Origin: Syntrophaceae bacterium UBA5744
GTDB taxonomy: Bacteria > Desulfobacterota > Syntrophia > Syntrophales > UBA2192
DNA length: 64,000 bases
NCBI GenBank assembly: GCA_002419215.1
Contig: DIFQ01000001.1
Location: forward strand, 53,143 to 117,142
Reading direction: 5' to 3'
The position numbers were made by a program, and so were the translations under genes. Every line of letters begins with the position of its first letter. Within the stretch, counting starts at the first letter, position 1. Of this stretch, positions 1-8,993 are shown piece by piece. A model generated the notes under the pieces. The model worked only from the letters and a program-made list of their open reading frames with translations. It was not told where the DNA came from and did not search any database.

Positions 1-535
1 TGTCTTCGATTTGATACCCTTCACGCCTCGCCGGGATCTCTTCCCGGGTGGCGTGCTGCACGACGAGCACCCCCTCTGGAGACATCAGCGCCTGTGTCCG
101 GACCAGGCGCAGCGTTTCATCCATCAGGTTTCGCCCGTAAGGCGGGTCGGCAAAGATGACGTCAAAGCGCTCCCCCCTGTGGCCGAGAAGCCTGAGAGCA
201 CGCTCGACGGGGCAGTCGATCACCTCGACGTCCTGCACGCCGCCTTCCCCCGGTTCTTTCAGGGGCATATTGAGGAACCCGCAGCGTTCGATGTTCGTCC
301 GGATGGCATCGGCGCAGGCCCTCTGGCTCTCCACGAGGATCACCCGGGAGGCCCCGCGGCTCACGGCTTCGAGCCCTACACTGCCCGAGCCCGCAAAAAG
401 ATCCAGGAACCTTTTCCCCTCGACGAAGAGGATGTTGAAGAGGGATTCCTTGACGCGGTCCGTCGTCGGCCGGAGGATCTTGGCCTTCGGCGCGAGCAGC
501 GTCCTCCCCTTCGCCTTCCCCGCAATGATCCTCAT
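1..535 (-). CDS. rsmD: 16S rRNA (guanine966-N2)-methyltransferase RsmD; gene runs off the left edge
   Basis: Own minus-strand translation from ATG at 535: MRIIAGKAKGRTLLAPKAKILRPTTDRVKESLFNIL...LDLFAGSGSVGLEAVSRGA...DVIFADPPY. The SAM-binding loop and DPPY motif are typical of RsmD. Absent from the ORF track because it has no stop inside the window. Confidence 0.75.
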   Translation of the reverse strand, partial: MRIIAGKAKGRTLLAPKAKILRPTTDRVKESLFNILFVEGKRFLDLFAGSGSVGLEAVSRGASRVILVESQRACADAIRTNIERCGFLNMPLKEPGEGGVQDVEVIDCPVERALRLLGHRGERFDVIFADPPYGRNLMDETLRLVRTQALMSPEGVLVVQHATREEIPARREGYQIED

Positions 536-580
536 ATCAGGCCTGGCGATACAGGCGTAAGGCGACTGGCATCAGGGTTT

Positions 581-625
581 CACTTTCTTCCGAACCCGAT
601 ACCCGATACCCTATACCCGATACCC
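581..625 (-). repeat. G3-heptad array A1 (5 x GGGNNNN plus purine tail) abutting the asd stop codon
   Basis: CCC tracts on the + strand at 595, 602, 609, 616 and 623, an exact 7-nt period. The minus strand reads TAA-GGGTATCGGGTATAGGGTATCGGGTATCGGGTTCGGAAGAAAG. Confidence 0.9.
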
Positions 626-1645
626 TTATTTGAGATAGTCCTTTGCCAGGATCTCAGCGATCTGGACCGCGTTGAGGGCCGCCCCTTTGCGCAGGTTGTC
701 CGAGACAACCCACAGGTTGATCCCGTTTGCAATTGACTCGTCCTCCCGGATCCTGCCCACGTAGGTGGCATCCTGACCGGCGGCGGTTACGGCCAGGGGG
801 TACTCTTTTTTCGACGGCTCGTCGATGACGATGACACCGGGGGCTTTTTTGAGCAGCGCCTTCACCTCGGCCGCCGTGATTTTCTTTTCCGTCTCGATGT
901 TGACCGACTCGGAGTGGCAGCGCAGCACGGGCACACGGACCGTCGTTGCCGTTACGCCGATGGACTCGTCGCCGAAGATTTTCTGGGTCTCCCAGACCAT
1001 CTTCATCTCTTCTTTCGTGTAACCGTTCTCGAGAAAGATATCGATCTGGGGAAGGCAGTTGAAAGCGATCTGGTACGGGTAGACCTTGGCCACGGGCTCC
1101 TTGAAGCTGAGCAGGGCCCGGGTCTGGTCGATGAGCTCTTCCATCGCCTTCTTGCCGGTCCCCGAGACGGACTGGTACGTCGACACGACGATCCGTTTGA
1201 TGCGGGCCGCGTCATGGATCGGTTTCAACGCGACGACCATCTGGATCGTGGAGCAGTTCGGGTTTGCAATGATCCCGCGCTTCTTGTAGCCGGCGATTTT
1301 CTCCGGGTTCACCTCGGGCACGACGAGCGGGATGTCCGGCTCGTACCGGAAGGCGGCCGTGTTGTCGATGACCACGCATCCCGCCTTCGCGGCGATGGGG
1401 GCAAACTTCTGGCTGATGCTTCCCCCGGCCGAGAAGAGCCCGATCTCGATCCCCCCGAAGGAATCCTCCTTGAGCACCTGGACGGGATAGGACTTGCCCT
1501 TGAACTCCAGCTCCTTTCCCAGGGAACGCTCCGAGGCAAGCAGGGTCAGCTCGCCCACGGGGAAGTTGCGTTCCTCGAGAATGCTGAGCATCTCGTTTCC
1601 GACGGCGCCGGTGGCGCCGACGACGGCTACACGATACGTTCTCAT
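626..1645 (-). CDS. asd: aspartate-semialdehyde dehydrogenase
   Basis: 339 aa. N-terminal VAVVGATGAVG Rossmann loop and IANPNCSTI active-site Cys motif. Confidence 0.92.
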   Translation of the reverse strand: MRTYRVAVVGATGAVGNEMLSILEERNFPVGELTLLASERSLGKELEFKGKSYPVQVLKEDSFGGIEIGLFSAGGSISQKFAPIAAKAGCVVIDNTAAFRYEPDIPLVVPEVNPEKIAGYKKRGIIANPNCSTIQMVVALKPIHDAARIKRIVVSTYQSVSGTGKKAMEELIDQTRALLSFKEPVAKVYPYQIAFNCLPQIDIFLENGYTKEEMKMVWETQKIFGDESIGVTATTVRVPVLRCHSESVNIETEKKITAAEVKALLKKAPGVIVIDEPSKKEYPLAVTAAGQDATYVGRIREDESIANGINLWVVSDNLRKGAALNAVQIAEILAKDYLK

Positions 1646-1720
1646 GGAATCCGGCTCCTTTTCGAATGAATCAATCTCGCGATCCGCGGGGGACTCTGCC
1701 GTGACCGTTCCCGGGCACGC

Positions 1721-2560
1721 TCAAGGGGCTTCCCCGGTTTTTGTTTCTGTTTTGATCTCTCCACCCGGCGTCGGCTGCTTTTTCCCCGGGCTGAAGAGGC
1801 GCTTGACCAGCTTCAGGATCCCCCAGACAGGACCGGAGATCGCATAGCTCACGGCGAAGGTGAAAACCATGATCTGCGGCTCCGCCAGAACGACAATCAG
1901 CAAAATGACGGCCAGCACGACAGTCATGAAGGGTTCCCGCGTCAGGAAGTGCAGGTCCTTGAAGCTGTAGAACTTGATGCTGCTCACCATGAGAAGCGCA
2001 AGGGTCATCATCCCGACGAGGATCGACAGGTGCGGGAACGCCCCTTCATATCCCAGGTAGAAATAGAGTAGAACCGTCGAGGAAACCACGATGGCCGCAG
2101 CCGGGATGGCCAATCCGTTGAAGTAACGGCTGTCGATTACGCCGACCTGCACGTTGAACCGGGCAAGCCGCAGGGCGCCGCAGGTCACAAACATGGCCGC
2201 GGCGAGCCACCCCCACTTCCCGAAGGCGGCAAGCGACCAGTTGTAGGCCAGGATGGCCGGCGCCACGCCGAAGGCCACCAGGTCGGAGAGCGAGTCATAC
2301 TCCACGCCGAACTTCGATGTGGTGTGGGTCATGCGGGCGACCCGCCCGTCGAGCCCGTCGAGGATCAGGGAGATCGGGATGGCGATGGATGCGTGAATGA
2401 AATTGCCCTGGATGGAGGCGATGATCGCGTAGATCCCCGCAAAGAGGCTTGCCGTCGTGAAGAGATTCGGAAGGATGTAGATCCCCTTCTTCATCTGGTC
2501 CTTGCGGAAGAACTTCTCCCTTCGGATGAACCGCTCTCTCTTGAACTCTTTGCTCATCAC
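1721..2560 (-). CDS. pssA: CDP-diacylglycerol--serine O-phosphatidyltransferase
   Basis: CDP-alcohol phosphatidyltransferase motif DGLDGRVAR...D. Multi-pass membrane protein. 4-nt overlap with upstream psd. Confidence 0.85.
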   Translation of the reverse strand: MMSKEFKRERFIRREKFFRKDQMKKGIYILPNLFTTASLFAGIYAIIASIQGNFIHASIAIPISLILDGLDGRVARMTHTTSKFGVEYDSLSDLVAFGVAPAILAYNWSLAAFGKWGWLAAAMFVTCGALRLARFNVQVGVIDSRYFNGLAIPAAAIVVSSTVLLYFYLGYEGAFPHLSILVGMMTLALLMVSSIKFYSFKDLHFLTREPFMTVVLAVILLIVVLAEPQIMVFTFAVSYAISGPVWGILKLVKRLFSPGKKQPTPGGEIKTETKTGEAP

Positions 2561-3198
2561 AGGACCCCTATGGGTGTTTCCCCGGCGCGCACCTTCTGGC
2601 CCGCTTGAACCAGAATCTTCGATTCGAGAGGCAGGACCACCTCGAGACGCGAGCCGAAGCAGATCAGCCCGAATCGCTGACCCCTGGTGACCTCCAACCC
2701 CTCACCGACCCAGCAGACAATCCGTCGGGCAATGAGCCCCGCGATCTGGATGGTCAGGAACGCCTTGCCCTCTTCCGTCCGGATCAGGAGGCTGTTCTTC
2801 TCGTTGTCCGCGGAGGCCTTGTCCAGATTAGCCGAGAGGAACTTGCCGCCGTGATACTCGATCTTCTCCACACGCCCGGTAAAGGGGGCGCGGTTCACAT
2901 GCACGTTGAAGATGTTCATGAAGATGCTGACCTTCCTGAAGCGTCCCTTCAGCAGGCCGTCGAGTTGAACCTCTTCCACCTTCAGGACCCTGCCGTCTGC
3001 CGGCGAGACCAGGATGCCCTTCTCCCCGGGGACCGTCCGTTCCGGGTTTCGAAAGAAGAACACGACGAACAGCATGGCGGCAAAGGCCACAACGGCCACT
3101 GCCTTGAAACCCAGCCAGAAAAGGGCAACCGTCAGAATGCCCAATCCGCCGATGAAGGGGGCGCCTTCACGCACAATGTATCCGGTGTGCTGGTCCAT
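2557..3198 (-). CDS. psd: phosphatidylserine decarboxylase (short type)
   Basis: 213 aa with an N-terminal TM segment. C-terminal FGSRLEVV resembles the self-cleavage region. Translationally coupled to pssA. Confidence 0.8.
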   Translation of the reverse strand: MDQHTGYIVREGAPFIGGLGILTVALFWLGFKAVAVVAFAAMLFVVFFFRNPERTVPGEKGILVSPADGRVLKVEEVQLDGLLKGRFRKVSIFMNIFNVHVNRAPFTGRVEKIEYHGGKFLSANLDKASADNEKNSLLIRTEEGKAFLTIQIAGLIARRIVCWVGEGLEVTRGQRFGLICFGSRLEVVLPLESKILVQAGQKVRAGETPIGVL

Positions 3199-3224
3199 GC
3201 TCTCCAGATTGGCCCGGCCGTTTC

Positions 3225-3458
3225 TCAGGCGCTCTTTCTGTACTTCGCAAGAATGGCGTAAATCCGGTCCTTGCTCACGAGTTTCAGCTTCTGCAGCCTT
3301 TTCTTCTCGATCTCCTCCTGGGGTGTGAGGTAAATCCGCTTGTTGAAGTCCGCCAGGGCTGCCTCCAGTTTACGGTGGTCCTCCACGTTCTGTTTCAAAT
3401 CGCCGTCCTGCTGGATGTATCGTTCGATGAGCATTTCGTCGGATCGCTCCATACCCAC
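3225..3458 (-). CDS. DUF465 (YdcH-like) small coiled-coil protein
   Basis: 77 aa. The HRKLEAALADF...LTPQEEIEKKRLQKLKLVSKDRI pattern is typical of the YdcH/DUF465 family. Confidence 0.6.
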   Translation of the reverse strand: MGMERSDEMLIERYIQQDGDLKQNVEDHRKLEAALADFNKRIYLTPQEEIEKKRLQKLKLVSKDRIYAILAKYRKSA

Positions 3459-3553
3459 CTCCTGGCTCTGTCGAAAGAGCCTTGCTTATATCATAAACAT
3501 CCTGCGCAATCTAAAGAAATTTCCATCGCGTCAAATGCCTGTATCCCTTCTCA

Positions 3554-4246
3554 TCAGGGCCTCTCCGCATGCCGGATCTCCGCCTCCGAACGGCGCAGAT
3601 AGCGGGGAGTGAAGCTTGCCAGGTCGAGCCTTTCGCCCCGGCCGAACCTCTTCGCTCCAAGCAGGGCAACACTGGATGCCCGCACCCACTGCCGGTTCGG
3701 CGGCGCGAACCGGGCGCGCCCCTGGAGCCTCCCCCGGATGAACCCGGCGTGCTCCTCGAGCCCGTCGCCCAGGAAAAGGGCTTCCCCGTCGATGACGCCG
3801 AGAAGCTCCGCCGGGGTTGTGGCCTTTTCCTCCATCACCACGTCAAAGAGCCCTTCCCCGTTGGCGCGGTAAATCGCCGCGTAGACTTCCGCCTTGCGCG
3901 CATCGAGCATGGGGCAGATGAGCGCCGGGGTTTCGAAGGCATTGTAGGCGAGCGCCTCCAGTGTCGAAACGCCTACGACGGGCTTTCCGGTCGTGAGTGC
4001 CAGCCCCTTCACGGTGCTTGCGCCGATCCGCAGGCCCGTGAACGACCCGGGCCCGACGGTCAGCGCAAACAGATCCACCTCATCGATGCCGATCCCCGCC
4101 AGTGCCAGCCCCTGGTGGACGGCCGGCAGGACCGTCTCGGAGTGGTTGACGGACAGGTTGAAGAAGTACTCGACGAGGACGGTTTCACCGCGAAGCAGGG
4201 CAACGCCCGCCGTTTTCGTCGCCGTGTCGATGGCCAGTGTGATCAT
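3554..4246 (-). CDS. tsaB: tRNA threonylcarbamoyladenosine biosynthesis protein TsaB
   Basis: MITLAIDTATKTAGVALL N-terminus and the 230-aa length are typical of YeaZ/TsaB. Confidence 0.8.
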   Translation of the reverse strand: MITLAIDTATKTAGVALLRGETVLVEYFFNLSVNHSETVLPAVHQGLALAGIGIDEVDLFALTVGPGSFTGLRIGASTVKGLALTTGKPVVGVSTLEALAYNAFETPALICPMLDARKAEVYAAIYRANGEGLFDVVMEEKATTPAELLGVIDGEALFLGDGLEEHAGFIRGRLQGRARFAPPNRQWVRASSVALLGAKRFGRGERLDLASFTPRYLRRSEAEIRHAERP

Positions 4247-4323
4247 ATCCCCAACGATGAACGCCCTGTCGGACCTGCCGATGAAGCCTTATGGCAGGGC
4301 TGACGTTCTATGATGACGAACCA

Positions 4324-4423
4324 GGGAAGCACGGAAGAGCAGAAGAGCGGAATGAAAATATTTTCCCCGATCCTGTTCTGTTGTTCTGATCCGCTCTTCT
4401 TAACTCCCGATCTTCCGATCTTC
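4324..4423. repeat. GGAAG-octamer palindromic element B1
   Basis: Left arm GGGAAGCACGGAAGAGCAGAAGAGCGGA. Right arm TCCGCTCTTCT...CTTCCGATCTTC. Perfect 11-bp core pairing of AGAAGAGCGGA (4341-4351) with TCCGCTCTTCT (4390-4400), plus CGGAAG/CTTCCG. Confidence 0.85.
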
Positions 4424-4488
4424 ATGGTTTCGAAGCTCAAACCGTCGAATGCGGAGTGGAGACGGTTACCCTCCCGCCAGGCAGCGCA

Positions 4489-5553
4489 CTACTCGCCGAA
4501 GATCCGCATAATGTCGTTGTAGAAGACAAAAATCATCAGCATCGCCAGGATGAAGAAACCCACCTGCTGTGCCCGTTCCCGCCACTTGATGTTGACCTCT
4601 TTGCCCGTGACGAGTTCGATCAGGAAGAACATCAGGTGCCCCCCGTCCAGAATGGGGATGGGAAACAGGTTCAGGACGGCAAGGTTGATGCTGAGCAGGG
4701 CCATGAAGAACACAAAGTTCATGATCCCTTTCTTCACGTGGGCGCCGGCCATCTGGGCGATCAGGATGGGCCCGCCCAGGGAATCGGGCGAGACGATGCC
4801 CTGAACCATCTTGACGATGCTGATCAAGGTCAGCTCCGTGATGGCCCAGGTCTGCTCCGTCCCCGTCCACAGGGCCCGGATCGGGTTTTGCCGTTCGATG
4901 AAGGTGTTGCTCGAGGCGCCCACGCCGATCTTCCAGCTGTCCACGTCCTCCCCGAAGACGTTCTTTCCCTTCACGCTCTCCGGTTTCACGCGGACATCCT
5001 GCGAGGTTCCGTCCCGTTTCAGCTTCAGCGTGAGCTCCTGTCCGCCGCTCTTCGTGATGATCTCGGCCAGATCGCTCCAGCGGCCCACGCTTCTGCCATC
5101 GATGGACTGGACGCTGTCCCCTGCCCGGATGCCCGCCAGCTCCGCGGGGGATCCCGGCTGGATGCTGCCGATGTCCGTTGTGAGGCTCGGAACGCCCACC
5201 ATGAATATGACGGCAAATGCGAGGATGGCGAAGAGGAAGTTGAACAGGGGCCCCGCGACGACGATGGCGATCTTCTTCAGGACGTGCTGTTTCACGAAAG
5301 ACCGCCTCTGATCCTGCGGAAGCACGTCGTCCGTGTCGGACTCCCCGAGCAGCTTGACATAGCCCCCCAGGGGAACGAGGGAGATCATGTACTCTGTTTC
5401 ACCGAATTTTCTGCCGATCAGCTTCGGACCAAAACCCAGGGAAAACTTTAGAACCCCTACCCCGAGGGACTTGGCCAGAAGGAAATGCCCAAACTCGTGA
5501 ACGAAGATCAGGACTCCCAGCAGAATGACGACCGAAACGATGTTGACACCCAT
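4489..5553 (-). CDS. rseP: RIP metalloprotease RseP (site-2 protease)
   Basis: HEFGHFLLA zinc motif, central PDZ domain, multi-TM. Conserved position after dxr. Confidence 0.9.
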   Translation of the reverse strand: MGVNIVSVVILLGVLIFVHEFGHFLLAKSLGVGVLKFSLGFGPKLIGRKFGETEYMISLVPLGGYVKLLGESDTDDVLPQDQRRSFVKQHVLKKIAIVVAGPLFNFLFAILAFAVIFMVGVPSLTTDIGSIQPGSPAELAGIRAGDSVQSIDGRSVGRWSDLAEIITKSGGQELTLKLKRDGTSQDVRVKPESVKGKNVFGEDVDSWKIGVGASSNTFIERQNPIRALWTGTEQTWAITELTLISIVKMVQGIVSPDSLGGPILIAQMAGAHVKKGIMNFVFFMALLSINLAVLNLFPIPILDGGHLMFFLIELVTGKEVNIKWRERAQQVGFFILAMLMIFVFYNDIMRIFGE

Positions 5554-5560
5554 CCGAAGT

Positions 5561-6724
5561 TCACCCTATTCCTTTTTCCAGGATTTCCTCCGCCTGACGG
5601 CGGGCCTGTGAGTCGGCCGAGAGGACCGCCTCCAGGGAGGACACGCCTGCCGGAACATGCCGGCTCATGACCTCTTCAATCACCCGGGCGATCGATTGAA
5701 AAGGGATTTTCTCTTCCAGAAATGCGTTTACGGCCACCTCGTTTGCTGCATTCATCACGGCCGGCATCGTGCCGCCGGCCCTGCCCGCCTCGTAGCCCAG
5801 TCGCAGACAGGGGAACCGCTCGAGATCGGGCGGCTGGAATTCCAACCGGCCCACCTTCGAGAGGTCGAAAAGGGGAAACCCGCCCGGCTTCCTCTCCGGG
5901 TAAAACAGGGCGTAGGAGATAGGCCCCCTCATATCCGGAAGCCCCAGCTGCGCCAGCACCGACCCGTCAATGAACTCCACGAGGGAGTGAATGATGCTCT
6001 GGGGATGGATTACCACATCGATCCGCTCGTAATCGACCCCGAAAAGCCACCGTGCCTCGATCACCTCGAGCCCTTTGTTCATCATCGTCGCCGAGTCGAT
6101 GGTGATCTTCCTCCCCATCTTCCAGTTCGGGTGATTGAGCGCATCGGAAATCCGCACCGTTTCCAGTTCCGCCCGGCCGGCCCTCAGAAAGGGTCCACCC
6201 GATGCGGTCAGGATGACCCGGCCGACACTCTTTTCGCCGTTCCCCTCGATGCACTGGAACACGGCGCTGTGCTCGCTGTCGACGGGAATGATGCGGATGC
6301 CTTTCGAACGGGCGCGCTCGATGACCAGGGAGCCCGCCGTAACCAGGGTCTCCTTGTTGGCCAGGGCGATGTCCTTGCCCGCTTCGATGGCCTCGAGGGT
6401 CGGGACGAGGCCCGCCGCGCCGACGATGGCCGAAAGGACCATATCCGCCCCGGGTGCCGATGCCACGCTCCGGACCCCTTCTTCGCCCCAGAGGATCTCC
6501 GGTCGGGGCGCAGCACCGCACATCGCCTTCAGCCTCCCCGCGTGTTCTTTGTCGATTACCGAAACGGTCTTCGGCCTGAAACGCTCGATCTGACCCTTCA
6601 GGACATCGAGGTTTCTGCCTGCCGCCAGGGCGACAACCTCCAGCTGCTGGGGATTTTTCGACACCACGTCAAGGGCGTTGACCCCGATTGAGCCCGTCGA
6701 ACCGAGAATGGCGATCTTCTTCAC
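5561..6724 (-). CDS. dxr: 1-deoxy-D-xylulose 5-phosphate reductoisomerase
   Basis: KKIAILGSTGSIG NADPH loop and full-length Dxr similarity. Start moved from the track ATG (6778) to the GTG at 6724, which overlaps the cdsA stop (GTGA). Confidence 0.9.
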   Translation of the reverse strand: MKKIAILGSTGSIGVNALDVVSKNPQQLEVVALAAGRNLDVLKGQIERFRPKTVSVIDKEHAGRLKAMCGAAPRPEILWGEEGVRSVASAPGADMVLSAIVGAAGLVPTLEAIEAGKDIALANKETLVTAGSLVIERARSKGIRIIPVDSEHSAVFQCIEGNGEKSVGRVILTASGGPFLRAGRAELETVRISDALNHPNWKMGRKITIDSATMMNKGLEVIEARWLFGVDYERIDVVIHPQSIIHSLVEFIDGSVLAQLGLPDMRGPISYALFYPERKPGGFPLFDLSKVGRLEFQPPDLERFPCLRLGYEAGRAGGTMPAVMNAANEVAVNAFLEEKIPFQSIARVIEEVMSRHVPAGVSSLEAVLSADSQARRQAEEILEKGIG

Positions 6725-7533
6725 GCGATTACGTACGTCCTGTAGTAGTAAACAAAGGGCACGATGAACAACAGGCAATCCAAACGGTCGAGGATGCCTC
6801 CGTGACCCGGCAGGATCTCGCCGGAATCCTTTGCTCCCGAGGCCCTCTTGATCAACGATTCAAAAAGATCCCCCAACTGCCCGATCATCCCTCCTGCAAG
6901 CCCCACGATGACGATGTGTCCGACGGGGATCTCGGGCAGGAGGAAATGCCGATACACGAGACACCCGACGACACTCCCCACGGCAAGCCCCAGGAGCCCC
7001 TCCACCGTCTTGCCCGGGCTGACGTGCGGCATGAGCTTGCGCTTCCCGAAGGTCCTGCCCACGTAAAAAGCGGCAATGTCGCCGGAGAAGGCCAGGACGA
7101 TGACGAAAAAGATCCAAAGGATTCCTTTTTCGCCGCTTCTCAGGAGGATCAGATGCGACAGCATCACCGGCAGGTACAGGTAGCCCAGGACGTAGCGGCC
7201 GACCGGGTTGAGATCGAGCGCGCCCTCCCTCGTGCCGAACAGGTACAGGATGAAAACCATGAGGGACGACAGGACGGCTACGGCCAGGATGGCTCCCTGA
7301 CCGGACAGTGCCGCTGCCAGGGGCGCCAGGAGTCCGAACAGCAGCAACGCCCGCTGCAGCAGGTTGGATTCTTCGCCGAATGCGAGGCGGTTGTACTCCA
7401 GGATGGCAATGACGGTCACCACGAGTACGAAGCCCGCGAAAACCGCCTCCGTGCTGAAATAGATGATGGAAAAGAGGATGGGCACGGCGATCACGCCCGT
7501 GATCCATCTCTTGGCGTGTGAACTTTTCATCAT
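6721..7533 (-). CDS. cdsA: phosphatidate cytidylyltransferase
   Basis: C-terminal signature SLIKRASGAKDSGEILPGHGGILDRLD. Start moved to the ATG at 7533 (MMKSSHAKRW...), which overlaps the uppS stop (ATGA). Confidence 0.9.
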   Translation of the reverse strand: MMKSSHAKRWITGVIAVPILFSIIYFSTEAVFAGFVLVVTVIAILEYNRLAFGEESNLLQRALLLFGLLAPLAAALSGQGAILAVAVLSSLMVFILYLFGTREGALDLNPVGRYVLGYLYLPVMLSHLILLRSGEKGILWIFFVIVLAFSGDIAAFYVGRTFGKRKLMPHVSPGKTVEGLLGLAVGSVVGCLVYRHFLLPEIPVGHIVIVGLAGGMIGQLGDLFESLIKRASGAKDSGEILPGHGGILDRLDCLLFIVPFVYYYRTYVIA

Positions 7534-8270
7534 GCCTTCCTCTGCACCTGATCGCTCGTCAACCCGAAGCGACGCTCCCGCCTCTGATACTCGACGATGG
7601 CCTCGATGAGCTGCTTTTCCCTGAAATCGGGCCAGAGAATGTCCGTAAAGTAGAACTCCGTGTAGGCCATCTGCCACAGGAGAAAATTGCTCAGACGATA
7701 CTCCCCGCTCGTCCGGATGAGCAGATCCGGATCCGGAATGCCCCTTGTGAAGAGGCCGTCCGCGAATCGTTCCAGCGTGACGTCCGCCGCACCGATGTTT
7801 CCCTGGCGGGCTTCGTCGACCATCTTCCTCACCGCCCCCAGGATCTCGTCGTGGCTTCCGTAGTTGAGGGCGAGGATCAGCGTCATGGCCGTGTTGCCCG
7901 CCGTCTGCCCGATGGTGTCGCGGAGGATCGTTCGCACCTTCTCCGGAAGCGCCCCCGTGTCGCCGATCGTGAGAAGGCGGATATTGTTCTTCATCATGAC
8001 CTTGACTTCAGACTTCAGGTACCTCTCCAGAAGGGTCATGAGGGCCCGGACTTCTCTCTCGGGACGGCTCCAGTTTTCCGATGAGAACGCGTAAAGGGTC
8101 AGATAGGAAATCCCGATCTTTCGGCAGGCCTCGACGATGTTTCGAACCGATTCTGCCCCCTTCCGATGGCCGGCGATCCGCCCCAGGGAGTGATTCTGCG
8201 CCCACCGGCCGTTGCCGTCCATGATGATGGCGATGTGCCGGGGAAGATTGGTTTTGTCCAGCTGATCCAT
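7530..8270 (-). CDS. uppS: isoprenyl transferase (undecaprenyl diphosphate synthase)
   Basis: HIAIIMDGNGRWA and RTSGEYRLSNFLLWQ motifs. Confidence 0.95.
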   Translation of the reverse strand: MDQLDKTNLPRHIAIIMDGNGRWAQNHSLGRIAGHRKGAESVRNIVEACRKIGISYLTLYAFSSENWSRPEREVRALMTLLERYLKSEVKVMMKNNIRLLTIGDTGALPEKVRTILRDTIGQTAGNTAMTLILALNYGSHDEILGAVRKMVDEARQGNIGAADVTLERFADGLFTRGIPDPDLLIRTSGEYRLSNFLLWQMAYTEFYFTDILWPDFREKQLIEAIVEYQRRERRFGLTSDQVQRKA

Positions 8271-8365
8271 TCGGGGTCTATTTATCGATTTTCAATGATG
8301 AATTTTCGTTTGACTATCACAGCCCGCCGACATTTTCAAGGGATGTTTCTCCTCCCGCCAAAGCC

Positions 8366-8395
8366 CCAAAAAATAAGGAGCCCATTGGGCTCCTT
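8366..8395 (-). terminator. rho-independent terminator after frr
   Basis: The minus strand reads AAGGAGCCC-AAT-GGGCTCCTT followed by ATTTTTTGG. Confidence 0.8.
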
Positions 8396-8425
8396 TGTGT
8401 CTGTTCATGCTGTTTGTAAGGAGCA

Positions 8426-8992
8426 TCAGATCTCCATGATTTCCTTTTCCTTGGCCTGCGTAACCTTGTCGGCCTTCTCGATGTACTCGTCCGTCACCTT
8501 CTGCACATCGGCCTGATACTTGAACAGCTCGTCCTCGTTGATGTCGCTGTCCTTCTTCAGTTTCTTGAGTTCCTCGTTGGCATCGCGCCTGAGATTTCTC
8601 AGCTTGACCTTGCCCTCCTCGGCCATCTTCCGTACGACCTTGACCAGCTCCTTGCGCCGCTCTTCCGTGAGCTGAGGGATGTTGATCCTGACGATCTTGC
8701 CGTCGTTGGCCGGGTTGAGCCCCAACTCGGATTTCTGGATGGCCTTCTCGATGTTGGGAATGACGCTGGTGTCCCAGGGCGAGATCTGGATCAGGCGGGA
8801 CTCCGGCACGGAGAGCGACGCCACCTGGTTGAGCGGCGTGGGCACCCCGTAGTACTCGACCTTGATGCCGTCGAGCAGCGCCAGCGAAGCCCGGCCTGTC
8901 CGGAGTTTGCCGAAGGACTTTTCGAGAAACTTGATATTCTTCTCCATGTTGTCCTTCAACTCGGAAAAGACCAGATCCGTCATCTCGCTCAT
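8426..8992 (-). CDS. frr: ribosome recycling factor
   Basis: 188 aa with full-length Frr similarity ([20 protein letters not shown]...). Confidence 0.95.
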   Translation of the reverse strand: MSEMTDLVFSELKDNMEKNIKFLEKSFGKLRTGRASLALLDGIKVEYYGVPTPLNQVASLSVPESRLIQISPWDTSVIPNIEKAIQKSELGLNPANDGKIVRINIPQLTEERRKELVKVVRKMAEEGKVKLRNLRRDANEELKKLKKDSDINEDELFKYQADVQKVTDEYIEKADKVTQAKEKEIMEI

Positions 8993-8993
8993 G

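Noticed and set aside
581-625. Tandem heptad and octamer arrays considered as CRISPR arrays
   Set aside because: The units are 7-9 nt with no unique spacers, the arrays are under 60 nt, and no cas genes are present. They are not CRISPR.
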